From a virus: DNA of 64,000 bases. The notes below the pieces were generated by a model that was not told where the DNA came from, did no database searches, and worked only from the letters and a program-made list of their open reading frames with translations. The DNA lies in IMG/VR virus record IMGVR_UViG_3300005336_000001, positions 29,561-93,560 of that record; one strand, 5' to 3'. The position numbers and the translations under genes were made by a program. Shown one piece after another: positions 37,729 through 47,592 of the stretch (the first letter of the stretch is position 1; the number at the start of each line of letters is the position of its first letter).

Positions 37729-38271
37729 GAGGAAGCTTCCTTCTACGCTTCTTATTGTAGTCTATAAATTGTCTAATTTAATGGTTTAGGCATAGTTCCG
37801 CTTTCCGCAATGTCGGGTATAGCTGCCTATACCATGCGGTTGCGACGGTTATATAGCACGTACTTCCATGGATACATTTTAACGTGTGCCGCACGGTCGG
37901 GCTAGAAGCTAACCTTCTAGTGTATATTGCCTCTACTCACGTAGATGCTTCCCTTAGAAGTCCATGGTATGGATCAGCCCAATAACCTGCAACTGACCCG
38001 GTACGGAAAGTCCCTGCCTCTGTACCCGTAGAAGTGTTTCACGCTTCCTTGGATAGCTTTGCGCGAGCAAAAGATACCCGTGCTCCGTCTTCAGGTGGTT
38101 TGTTGATGGAGGACTCAATCGGCCTAAGGCCGGGTCTAGCAAGCTTGCCGATTTGACCTCTGGCGGGTTTTGGCTTATCTAGGCCTCTGCCCTGCCGGGC
38201 TTTTCCAGTTCCTTGCTGTCATCAAGATCTGGATCGGAGCCGCTCCTGCTGAATACAGGGCGGCTCCACTT

Positions 38272-38592
38272 TTATACGCCGGGGGCAGCCCCAGATGTCA
38301 AGTGCCTGCCTAACCTGCGAACCGGGCCATGTTTTATCTCATAAGCCTTCAACAATGTTTTGAAGTGCGGGCTTTGAAGCATTCTGTACTTCGGCACCGC
38401 ATGTGCGTCAATCATCACCTTGTTACTGTTGATGTCCGAATAGTAAACAGCCCAAACATCGTGTCCCGTAAATTCATCTAATCCATTATCAAAGGTTGGC
38501 CGATTACAAAATTTCTTTTTAATTTTTAAAAATCTATCCCAATTGAGACAGGCTCTGAGCCATTCATCATAAGGCATTTCAACCTTGCTCAT
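38272..38592 (-). CDS. GPH-motif family protein
   Basis: MLQSPHFKTLLKAYEIKHG. Confidence 0.75.
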   Translation of the reverse strand: MSKVEMPYDEWLRACLNWDRFLKIKKKFCNRPTFDNGLDEFTGHDVWAVYYSDINSNKVMIDAHAVPKYRMLQSPHFKTLLKAYEIKHGPVRRLGRHLTSGAAPGV

Positions 38593-38873
38593 TTATTCCT
38601 CTTTTTGGTCCACGTGTTGGCAGGTACCTCACTGATGCCATCGCCAAGATCATACAGGAAGACGGTAACCATGAAATCCATCTTATAAGCAGTCAGCATT
38701 GCCAGCGACACGCTTATATCAGCGAATTCTTGATAACCAACCTCCTCACCTTTTCCCTGTTCAGCCTGATCGGCACCTGTACAGGAATTGTCATGCCATG
38801 TTGGTTCCATGATGGCCGTGACATTTTTCCATACGTAGGGCTTCTTGCGTCTATCAATCACGTTTCCGATCAT
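38589..38873 (-). CDS. Hypothetical protein
   Basis: Coupled ORF. Confidence 0.6.
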   Translation of the reverse strand: MIGNVIDRRKKPYVWKNVTAIMEPTWHDNSCTGADQAEQGKGEEVGYQEFADISVSLAMLTAYKMDFMVTVFLYDLGDGISEVPANTWTKKRNK

Positions 38874-39135
38874 TTTTTAACTCCCATGCTTTCAAGATAG
38901 TTTTCCAGTATGGCCCAGCCAACATGTTAAAACGTTGCTCCACCTCTTTAGAGGGCACACCTACAATTTTTTTACTATTATCTGTAAACACAAGCGATTC
39001 AATCCTACAACCTACGTATTCAAATACGTTGTATCGCGACATATCTGGATAGTGACATTCCCAATTTTCTATCGCAACGACAAAAGTCGTGTATAGGATT
39101 TTGCAGTCACACATAGGCCATTGTGTTGGTTTCAT
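38854..39135 (-). CDS. GPH-motif family protein
   Basis: MLAGPYWKTILKAWELK. Confidence 0.75.
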   Translation of the reverse strand: MKPTQWPMCDCKILYTTFVVAIENWECHYPDMSRYNVFEYVGCRIESLVFTDNSKKIVGVPSKEVEQRFNMLAGPYWKTILKAWELKNDRKRD

Positions 39136-39163
39136 GGTTTCACCAGTTGGAAAATTGACTAAA

Positions 39164-39194
39164 GAAAAACTGGGGATGATTGCTCATCCCCAGT
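39164..39194 (-). terminator. Rho-independent terminator
   Basis: ACUGGGGAUGA-GCAA-UCAUCCCCAGU followed by UUUUU. Confidence 0.85.
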
Positions 39195-39216
39195 ATCCCT
39201 TAACCGCCTAGAAATA

Positions 39217-39585
39217 TCAGGCGGTCACTTCTTCATCGGAATCGCTGAGGTCGTCAACGGCATCACCGTCATCCTCACCTTCATCCGAGTCAGCCTGACC
39301 ATCGAAATCCATCAAGCTCTTGATGAACTCGTCGTCGTTCGCCTTGCCCATGGTCAGTTCGCCCGACATGATGTCAGTCAGGGCACCGGCCAACGCCGAG
39401 CCGCCACGATTGAGGTTATCCACGCAATCATCGAGGTCGGCTTTTTCCTGATCGTTGATCAGGCCAGCCCGGTGCAGATCGCCGGTGTGAATGTGCTTCG
39501 CTTCGTCATAGCCGTTCGCCTCGGTCAGGCGAGCAGCGATGTGTGGGCGGTGCTTTGCAATGGTTGCCTTGAGGAGCTTTGACAT
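39217..39585 (-). CDS. Hypothetical protein with acidic tail
   Basis: AAAGGA RBS; own terminator. Confidence 0.7.
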   Translation of the reverse strand: MSKLLKATIAKHRPHIAARLTEANGYDEAKHIHTGDLHRAGLINDQEKADLDDCVDNLNRGGSALAGALTDIMSGELTMGKANDDEFIKSLMDFDGQADSDEGEDDGDAVDDLSDSDEEVTA

Positions 39586-40096
39586 GTGGTCTTTTCCTTT
39601 TGTGAGCATACCGATACAGGAAGGTCCTGCTCACAACCCTCCTGTTGAAGCGTAATGCTTCTCACTGAGGCTGATTAAAGCCTCAGGACAGAAACATTAT
39701 CTGATCTGCTGATATAGAAGGATGTTTCCAATTGTGATTCCAATAAAGATGTCAAATAAGGCAGCAATCATGAACCACAACATGATTTGCAATGCTCGTT
39801 TATCATTACTCATAGATAGACCCTTTCTGCCCCGGCTCATTGGAGCCTGTGCACGCAAGATTGTGATTAGTTGCTTTGGGGCAACGTTTGTTCCCGCAGT
39901 TGCGACACACCACCATGTGAACGGCAAGCTCGTTGCGCTCTTTGATACATTTGTGACAACCACATGCACCATTTGTGAGGGAAGCAAATGTACGTTCTTG
40001 CTTTTGCTGCATTTTCTTTAGACAGTCCAAGGCAACCTCCTATTAGGATTAATACTTTTGTGGTAGTTGAGAGTTCTCCAAAAGGAGGACCCCATT

Positions 40097-40393
40097 ATGT
40101 GGGATTGGTTCCAACGGAAGCGACGAGGGCACATCCTTCGCCGCATCGAACGAAAGGTGAATTGGCTCATGTCCAGTTTTGATGACCTTGCGGCAGCGCA
40201 AGCAGATACGCTTACCAAAGTGGCGGCAGTGAAGACTGACGTCGAAACTTTGCTTGCCCAGATCAAAAACATTCCGCCTGCTGGCTTAACGCCAGAGCAA
40301 CAGGCAGCGTTGGATCAGGCTGTGACCACTGCACAGAGCATCAATACTGCGCTCTCTGCGGTAGACACGGAGGTTCATCCTCCAGCGGCCTAA
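40097..40393 (+). CDS. Ala-rich helical protein on the opposite strand
   Basis: AAAGGAGG RBS; 98 aa. Confidence 0.7.
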   Translation: MWDWFQRKRRGHILRRIERKVNWLMSSFDDLAAAQADTLTKVAAVKTDVETLLAQIKNIPPAGLTPEQQAALDQAVTTAQSINTALSAVDTEVHPPAA

Positions 40394-40397
40394 TGCA

Positions 40398-40670
40398 CAA
40401 AAATGGCCACTGAGGAAACAGGAGGAGAATCCCAAACCTCAGTGGCCACCTTCTGCTGCACTTATAATGGTGAAAGGACCGAACCCATCATAAATGCGCG
40501 AACCGACGCCTTGGTAGGTTTCACTGTGAAGTCAAACCCGGAGGGCCAACAGTGACCACAGAACCTACCCTTGATTTATTCACCCGTTGACGTCGCGCGG
40601 CTGTAACTGATCTCACCGTCACTGCGGCCTCGGGTCCAAACTATGCGTAAACTTTTGACACCGCAACAGG
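40398..40670 (-). ncRNA. Putative multi-hairpin sRNA with anti-Shine-Dalgarno loops
   Basis: Gap without a long ORF; three stem-loops; the last is a 12-bp stem followed by UUUUU whose loop holds UUCUCCUCCUGUUU. Confidence 0.55.
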
Positions 40671-41068
40671 AAATCAAAAGTCTTTGGATTTGAACGCTCT
40701 TGATGCGGCCTTTTCAGCCAGTTCCTCATATGAATAGGGCCCAATCAATTGGCCCACTGGTTCATCATCTTCATCAATGAACTGGTAGTAATATCCAAGC
40801 ATTTGGTCCCCGTCTTCATCAAAGAAAGGCATTTCAGAGGGGACAAACTCATGGATAAGGGCATTGCATACCGCCATCATGTTTCCTTCATTTTACAGCC
40901 TTTACCAAGGCTGACTGTTGGCCGACGACGGCGTATATCAAATACCTCCCACCGCCTACGGCTATTTTAGTTTTGGCAAGCGCCTCAACTTCCGCAAGGG
41001 ATTTACATTCATCCCTCGTATAATGCCCGACACCGTCTTTCTTGACGAGAGTAAAGTAGTCGGCATGT

Positions 41069-41380
41069 TCACAGAACCAATCGTCCCTTTCTTGATACGT
41101 TTTGAAGTCTGGCATCAGCTTCCCTCCTTTTGATTAACAGTGCTTGATAAATTGCCCAACCATGCGGACCGGCGATTGCTTTGCACTTTGTAAGATGCGG
41201 CTTGAGTAAGTCGATCCATAACCCATACTGACTGTTTATTTCAGGAATTTCACCGCTGAATAGCCAGCATAAGTATGGTTTTCCTCTCGCTCTTCTATAA
41301 TTAGGCACGACGCGACCTTGATCATACCAGTGCTTGAGTGTGCTACAGGCATCTTCAATTATGTCAGTGAATGTTTCCAT
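41069..41380 (-). CDS. GPH-motif family protein
   Basis: AIAGPHGWAIYQALLIKR; AGGAG RBS. Confidence 0.75.
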   Translation of the reverse strand: METFTDIIEDACSTLKHWYDQGRVVPNYRRARGKPYLCWLFSGEIPEINSQYGLWIDLLKPHLTKCKAIAGPHGWAIYQALLIKRREADARLQNVSRKGRLVL

Positions 41381-41480
41381 GTTCAGCTCCTGAAAATTGA
41401 CAAACGAAAGCCCCCTCACCAGCATCACTTGGCGAGGGGGCAGATTAGTTCAGGTGCTCGGGAGGCTAAACCTAAACTAA

Positions 41481-42011
41481 TTACTTCTTCATCTTCAGGA
41501 AATAACGTGTGACCGAACGTTGGCCTTCACGCTCCTCCTTAACACGCTTGACCTCATGGCCAGCTTCTTCAAGGCCATTGAGGACGTTCAGTTGGACCGA
41601 ACCAACCGCTTCCTTGACCTCTTCAAGAGTAGCACCCGCTTTGGCGGCATAGAGCGCCACAGCTTGAGACTTGGCGCTGCCTTCACGGAAGCCCCATGCG
41701 TCCTTCTTCACTCCCTCGGCCTTTGGCTTGGCAACCTTGGGCTTTTCTGACCCTTTAGCGGCCTTTACCGTGGCCTTGGGTGCGGCCTTGGCCTTGGCCG
41801 CTACCTTGACCGCCTTTGCCACCTTAGGCTTGCCAGCGGCCTTTACAGGCGGTTTAGCCGCCCCATTTGCCTTGACCAGTGCCTTTGCCTTTGCCTTGGC
41901 CTTTGGGGCCGTCTCTTCCATTGCTTCACTCATGTACATAAACTCTGCTTTGTTGTTGGCATCCCGTTTAAGGAAAGTGGGGATGTCAAGGGGTTCAGGC
42001 ACTGTGCCCAT
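41481..42011 (-). CDS. Histone H1-like K/A-rich protein with C-terminal winged-helix-like domain
   Basis: KAKAKA/PKVAKA tracts; DAWGFREGSAK..GATLEEVKE. Confidence 0.75.
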   Translation of the reverse strand: MGTVPEPLDIPTFLKRDANNKAEFMYMSEAMEETAPKAKAKAKALVKANGAAKPPVKAAGKPKVAKAVKVAAKAKAAPKATVKAAKGSEKPKVAKPKAEGVKKDAWGFREGSAKSQAVALYAAKAGATLEEVKEAVGSVQLNVLNGLEEAGHEVKRVKEEREGQRSVTRYFLKMKK

Positions 42012-42411
42012 TACTAGGTTCCCTTTCCTCAGATTACAGAGCTAAAGAACTGGAACCGCTAAGTCAAGCGGGATTCCAATTCATTTAGAGGTTTTTGGTT
42101 TCAAACTATTTTGGATTACTTTACTTCGTTGAGAATTGGCTCACCTTTGGCCAAAATCTCTCGAGCACCCTCAAGTCCGCCCTCTACACCTTCACCACAA
42201 AGCGTGCAATTAGGTTCTGCAATGCCTTGCTCCACTTGATCCTTGAGGCATTCAAAGACCTCAAGCCCATCATCTGTGCCGGGCAAGATATCATTGCATA
42301 TGGGACATTTACGACAATAATTCATGTCTTTTGTTGACATGTTTCTCCCCCCTGTTGAAGTGTAGTGCTTCCCGGAGGGCTGACCTAAGCCAGCCCTCGA
42401 AGCTGCACTCG

Positions 42412-42678
42412 TTACTTTTTCAGCTTCTGACGACCTTCAGATGTAAGGGGAAGGCTCGTAGCCCCCATTGCAACAGCAGCCGCAGCAACTGTCGCAAATT
42501 GCGGCCTACGGGTCTTACCCTTGAACCAATTACGAAGGGTAGAAGTAGTGGGGCCACCTCCAGCAGTGATTTCACCATCTGACATGTCAGTGTCACGCTT
42601 GAGAGTGCGCAACACATCGATAACCGGGTCCTTATCCACAAAGGGATAAGCCTTATAACGCAAGAATCCTCTTGCCAT
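42412..42678 (-). CDS. XRE/Cro-like HTH protein
   Basis: PTTSTLRNWFKGKTRRPQFATV. Confidence 0.7.
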   Translation of the reverse strand: MARGFLRYKAYPFVDKDPVIDVLRTLKRDTDMSDGEITAGGGPTTSTLRNWFKGKTRRPQFATVAAAAVAMGATSLPLTSEGRQKLKK

Positions 42679-42758
42679 ACGTTCTCTCTCCTGTTTTAAC
42701 ACTGAAGCCTTTAGAGCTTCGTGCTGGGGCTTGAGAAGCCCCAGTGTCGAAGCTCTAA

Positions 42759-43097
42759 TCAGACCCTTACGAAATGTCCACGTGAACGTGGCTTTGCCAG
42801 CTTAGCCTCCTTCATGGCCTTTACATAATGATTGTATGCGGAGGCAGAAGCGCCGAGTTGGGTAAGGTGTTGTTTGATGTTCTTAGAAGTGAACACAGTG
42901 TCCTTGGGAAGCTTCTCAACGTACTTGAGAAACATATCCTTGTAGGATGAAGCATTGGTTTCAGCCTTGACAACGCCCTTCTCAACTGTGGCATTCACCA
43001 CCGGCTGCGGCGGCTCCATGTTCAACACCATGCCTTGCACGGCGTGAAGGACTTTTGACAACTTGTTGTCCTCCACAAAAAACGTAACTCTGAACAT
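42759..43097 (-). CDS. Hypothetical protein, possible C-terminal winged helix
   Basis: Strong RBS element; 112 aa. Confidence 0.65.
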   Translation of the reverse strand: MFRVTFFVEDNKLSKVLHAVQGMVLNMEPPQPVVNATVEKGVVKAETNASSYKDMFLKYVEKLPKDTVFTSKNIKQHLTQLGASASAYNHYVKAMKEAKLAKPRSRGHFVRV

Positions 43098-43170
43098 ATT
43101 TTCTCCTCCTGTTGGTTGAAGCGTTAATGCTTCTGACTACGCTGGTTTGATCCAGCGTAGGGTAGAAACA

Positions 43171-43533
43171 TTACTCGTCGTCATCAACTTCAGTCAGCTC
43201 GTCCTTGCGGACACGCTTCTTGACATTTAGTGTGGCCGAAAGGTTCAAGAGCTCGAATTTGAGATCGATCAGATCAGTATATTCTCGTGCCCTGTACCAG
43301 ATATTGTGATTGACCTCCTTGCCGGATTTTTTGCTGACAAGGTAGGTTTTGTACCATGACTTGGACTTGGACGGCTCACCTTCCACATCTTTGATTTTTT
43401 CGTATACGTGAACTTCACGTGAGGGGGAAACATCAATCACCCATTTGGGCTTTTCAAGAAATGCTTCAGGCAATGTGAGAGCAAATTTCTCAGCTTCAAC
43501 ACGCTCAGTGACAACGTTGGTAGTTTTTCGCAT
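43171..43533 (-). CDS. Hypothetical protein
   Basis: Strong RBS element. Confidence 0.65.
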   Translation of the reverse strand: MRKTTNVVTERVEAEKFALTLPEAFLEKPKWVIDVSPSREVHVYEKIKDVEGEPSKSKSWYKTYLVSKKSGKEVNHNIWYRAREYTDLIDLKFELLNLSATLNVKKRVRKDELTEVDDDE

Positions 43534-43596
43534 ATTCTCCTCCTGTTGGAGCACTATTGCTCACCAACACCCCGCGTGCGGGATGCGGCGTGAACA

Positions 43597-44439
43597 TTAG
43601 GTTACCGTCATAGAACCGGATACTTCCAACTTTGGAAACGGCTCAGGGGATGAGCCCTGATTGCGCCACGTCAAGCTCTTGACGTCCCTTTTATAAAAGG
43701 CGGCATTTGCCGCCTTTATCATCAGGGCAATTGTGACTACCGGATCCTTTTTCCTCGTGTTGTCGCTTGCAAAGTACATGCGCAACCTGAAGAATGGATC
43801 GTTCATGCTGATACCTGCCGGGTTTTCCAAAGTATGTACCATCCGTTCAGCCAATTCAGGGCTGCGGTTGGCCAAAATATAATAGAAAAACCCAACAATG
43901 GAGGGGTTTGCCAAACCCCTCAAACGGCTGACACGTTCAATCGCTCGTTCAACACCGGGGTTATTGTCGTACATCAATTCGATGTCTGAATTTTCAATCC
44001 GGTTTTGCGGTGAACGATAGTTCTCAATTGTTCCACGCTGCCATCGTATCAGCCACTGGAAAGCTGCTGACATGTAGCTTCGGTAACGCCCCGCACCTTT
44101 CAATGCAAGGATGTCAGAGCCGGAACGTGCTTTACGTAGAGTATCAATGGTGGCAAATGCGTCCGCTTCAATTCCCTCAACAATGAGGGTTTCAACAGGC
44201 ACATTTGCTTCCACGATGGCCCACAACCTGTGTTGTCCATCCAACACGTCTTTCTTCACTGAGAACTTGATAGTGTCCCCATTGAAACGCCATTTCCCTG
44301 CAATGATCTGTGCAGCAATTCGCTTGACGTGTTGCTCGTTCAACGGCCTGTTGTGGGTATTGTATTCAAGATACTGCATGGCCATCTCAGGCGTCAGAAG
44401 TATCTTTCTTGGATTGCCGTTGGTGGGAGACCCACTCAT
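43597..44439 (-). CDS. ParB/Srx-like DGQHR-domain protein
   Basis: TPEMA..NTHNRPL..GKW..I.F..LDGQHRLWAI. Confidence 0.8.
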   Translation of the reverse strand: MSGSPTNGNPRKILLTPEMAMQYLEYNTHNRPLNEQHVKRIAAQIIAGKWRFNGDTIKFSVKKDVLDGQHRLWAIVEANVPVETLIVEGIEADAFATIDTLRKARSGSDILALKGAGRYRSYMSAAFQWLIRWQRGTIENYRSPQNRIENSDIELMYDNNPGVERAIERVSRLRGLANPSIVGFFYYILANRSPELAERMVHTLENPAGISMNDPFFRLRMYFASDNTRKKDPVVTIALMIKAANAAFYKRDVKSLTWRNQGSSPEPFPKLEVSGSMTVT

Positions 44440-44905
44440 GTTCAAACTCCATAAGCCACGCAGTTGCAGTTTCAAGAAGCTCGTTGACGGTGCCCTCACG
44501 CCCCCTGTTGCGCAAGACCACCCCAACCATTTCTTTTGGACTTGGAAGGCTTGTTAGGCTCTTCAGTGCGGGGCGCAAGTCACCCCACAGAGCCGTGTCT
44601 TGCTCAGACACGGTCATGAATTTCTCAGAACGTATTCCAGCGAAGCGTCGATCAAGCACTTCCTTGATCTGTTCTTCAGTCATATGCTTTTTGACCCTTT
44701 TGTAGATATCACTTAGGCCATAAGCACCGGACTTGAACTGAGCTATTTCATCTTCAGTACCGTACAAGATGATCACACGAGCTTTGTTTACCGAACCGCG
44801 CGAAAGACCTGCTTCCTCAGCAACCTGTGTCAAAGGTACCTTGGTCGTACCGATGGTCTTTTGCACGGCAGACATGACCTTTACAGGGTCATATTTCCAT
44901 ACCAT
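44387..44905 (-). CDS. Putative HTH DNA-binding protein
   Basis: LTQVAEEAGLSRGSVNKARVI. Confidence 0.6.
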   Translation of the reverse strand: MVWKYDPVKVMSAVQKTIGTTKVPLTQVAEEAGLSRGSVNKARVIILYGTEDEIAQFKSGAYGLSDIYKRVKKHMTEEQIKEVLDRRFAGIRSEKFMTVSEQDTALWGDLRPALKSLTSLPSPKEMVGVVLRNRGREGTVNELLETATAWLMEFEHEWVSHQRQSKKDTSDA

Positions 44906-45148
44906 GTTTTCTCCTCCTGTTTTGAGCGTAGATGCTCACCACTGCCGCTCGTAAGCGGCAGGACGTGAACAACTATTTTTCAACATAGCTTTTCAAGCTA
45001 AGTCGAATTTCATCAGCACTTTTTTCGTCACTTTGATTTGGGAACACATAATCATATGATCCCATTTCAAAGATTCGATTTAAAAGTTCAAGATGACGTT
45101 TGGCTTGAAGCGGGGTAAATTCAAGCCACAGAGGCGGCTTATTTCCCA

Positions 45149-46333
45149 TTAACCCGTCTCTGACACATGGATGCTGGTGCCAAACGGGGCACGTGCAACC
45201 AGTTGGTCGAAATATTGTGACGGACCGTAGACTGCCCACATGACTGGGCAACCGGGGTCTTCACCATATTCGTTAACCTGAAGGTCAGTCAGGTAGATGA
45301 CGCAACTGGCATCAGGATGATTTTTGCTGAGCCAATTAAACGAGTCACGGAAATCAGTTCCGCCACCCGTGTATTGACCAATGGTAACCATATCGCCCTG
45401 CACGAATTCATCAACGTGTTGAACCCGTGTGTCGGCGTAGGCCACCACGATCATGTCAGCGGTGCCCTGATCCAACGCACCACCGACTTCACTGAGCATT
45501 TCAAGCGCCATCTTGTGACTGACGGAACCTGAAACATCAATAAAGAACACCAACTTGTTGAGCCTGTCTGACACATAGCCCGGCATCAGAACACCCAATG
45601 CCGCCGAGCGCCTGTTGGGGCGAGCCCAACTGGTAGCCTTTGACATTGATTGATCGATGAAGCGCATGGTCAGATCACGCCATGACACCTTTGGTTTGCT
45701 CAATTCCGCGATCAAGTTCCTGAGTGATCCCGGTATTTGGCCAGCATTTTGTCCTGCGGCAACCTGTACCGCAGCGCGCACTGACATTTCCCATTCATGC
45801 TTAGTTGCTTCCTTCTTATCAGCATTGCCGGGAGCATCCATCACACCACCACACCCACCGGGATCGGTGCCGTCACCAAAGCTATCCACGTACACTTTTT
45901 CAAAAGTGTCATAGATTTCTTCAGTGGTCATTCCCTTGTACTTCTTGTCAATGCAACACTTGAAGTTTTTTCCACTAATCTCACGATCATGGATTAACTT
46001 GAAGCCTGCCTCCTGAAGATCAAGGTTGATGACGAAATCACCTGCAATGTTCCACGCTTTGGGATCGCGCGTACCACGGCGAGTGAAATGCTGGAAGCAA
46101 CAGTGCATGACTTCGTGCGCTACCAAGAACTCCAACTCACGATCGTCCAATTGATTGACGAAATTGGGATTGTAGAACATGGACACGCCGTCAACACCGG
46201 CGGTTGGCAGATCATAACTTTCCACCAACCGCAATTGTAGTGCAAGGAAGCCAAAGAAACCGTTGCTCACCAGCAAACTTGTGCGGGCGGACACCATTTT
46301 CTCTAAAGCTCCTTTGTCCTTTATCTTAGCCAT
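45149..46333 (-). CDS. DUF2201-type metallopeptidase-vWA fusion
   Basis: TAGVDG, AHEVMH (HExxH), NIAGDFVIN; IDVSGS, GGTDF, YLTD. Confidence 0.9.
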   Translation of the reverse strand: MAKIKDKGALEKMVSARTSLLVSNGFFGFLALQLRLVESYDLPTAGVDGVSMFYNPNFVNQLDDRELEFLVAHEVMHCCFQHFTRRGTRDPKAWNIAGDFVINLDLQEAGFKLIHDREISGKNFKCCIDKKYKGMTTEEIYDTFEKVYVDSFGDGTDPGGCGGVMDAPGNADKKEATKHEWEMSVRAAVQVAAGQNAGQIPGSLRNLIAELSKPKVSWRDLTMRFIDQSMSKATSWARPNRRSAALGVLMPGYVSDRLNKLVFFIDVSGSVSHKMALEMLSEVGGALDQGTADMIVVAYADTRVQHVDEFVQGDMVTIGQYTGGGTDFRDSFNWLSKNHPDASCVIYLTDLQVNEYGEDPGCPVMWAVYGPSQYFDQLVARAPFGTSIHVSETG

Positions 46334-46467
46334 ATTTTCTCCTCCTGTTTTTGAAGCATAACACTTCACTAAAAAGATGAGCCCCCACACAGAGGTAGGT
46401 CAAACTTGTATGGGGGCGATGCCTTACGTGTTTCCACGTCTTACAGGCACATCTTTTTAAAGCAGAG

Positions 46468-46818
46468 TTAGCGTAGTTCGAAACTCACACGTTCATCCGT
46501 GTCATTACGGATGAATTGCTCATAGATAGAAGGTTTTTCCTCTTTGAGCTTCTTTTGATCAAGCCGATCAATGGGGATCAATTTCAGGATAGCCTTGAAC
46601 AAAGTTCCCTTCAATTCACCCTCATCGTGCTTAAGTTTGTCCTTGATTTCGTTCTTGATGGACTTGTCAAGCACCTCGCATGTTTTGGCCACAGGTTTAA
46701 GGCGTGCGGCCAAATCGATCTTGTCTTTGAGTGTCATGGTGTCAAGTTTCTTGGAAAAGCCTTCCAAGATATCGGCCATGTCAGCAAGGTCCATTTCTAC
46801 TGCTGGTTTCAAGTGCAT
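46468..46818 (-). CDS. Hypothetical protein
   Basis: RBS element; RLDQKKLKEEKPSIYEQF. Confidence 0.65.
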   Translation of the reverse strand: MHLKPAVEMDLADMADILEGFSKKLDTMTLKDKIDLAARLKPVAKTCEVLDKSIKNEIKDKLKHDEGELKGTLFKAILKLIPIDRLDQKKLKEEKPSIYEQFIRNDTDERVSFELR

Positions 46819-46882
46819 TCTCCTCCTGTTGAAGTTTGATACTTCCTGCTGCGGTGAGATTAGTCACCGCAGAGTGGAAACA

Positions 46883-47518
46883 TCATTTGGTCAAGTAAAG
46901 GAATTTAGTGCCGGGGGACTTCAGTTTGATCAAGATTTTGAGCATGTCATTGATCAGACGCTTTAGCCCTTTCAAATCCTTGACGTGAGCCATGTAGTCG
47001 CATTTAACGTCAATGGACTCATTAAGTTTGACATTACAGTAAAACTCATTGCCAGCCTCAAGGTTTTTGAGAGCTTCTTCAAGCTCCTTACGCTTGTCGG
47101 CAATGCCAGCAAGATATGTCTTGCGACGCTGGCTGGACCATTTGCTGAAGATGTATTCACGCATGGCGTCATTCCATTGTTCAGTAGTGATGGCTTTCGC
47201 CGAACCCAATTGGGCAATGGCAATCTTACGCAAGCCACGACTACGCTCCATCTTGGTCTTTTCAGAGTTCTGGCAACCATCCTCGTCATTCCAATAACAG
47301 GAATCATTGAGGCCAATCTTCATGTCACGGATTGCGCGCAATACACACTTTGGGTTATCCGTGTGAGGTTCACCCATGGCATATGCCACGGCTGCTTCTA
47401 CACACATCTGGCCCGGCTGAGGGCTGCCCACACCATGGGATAACCCTGCATCGACAACCTTCAGCACTTTGAGAACAAGTGCTTTGGTTATGGGTGTGTT
47501 TTTGACTTTCTTAGCCAT
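46883..47518 (-). CDS. Hypothetical protein
   Basis: RBS element; MCVEAAVAY..EPHTDNPKCV. Confidence 0.7.
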   Translation of the reverse strand: MAKKVKNTPITKALVLKVLKVVDAGLSHGVGSPQPGQMCVEAAVAYAMGEPHTDNPKCVLRAIRDMKIGLNDSCYWNDEDGCQNSEKTKMERSRGLRKIAIAQLGSAKAITTEQWNDAMREYIFSKWSSQRRKTYLAGIADKRKELEEALKNLEAGNEFYCNVKLNESIDVKCDYMAHVKDLKGLKRLINDMLKILIKLKSPGTKFLYLTK

Positions 47519-47592
47519 AGAAATCTCCTCCTGTTGACGAAGCATTAGTGCTTCTCACATGCCCGGCTGTGAACCGGGCATGGACAGAAGGA

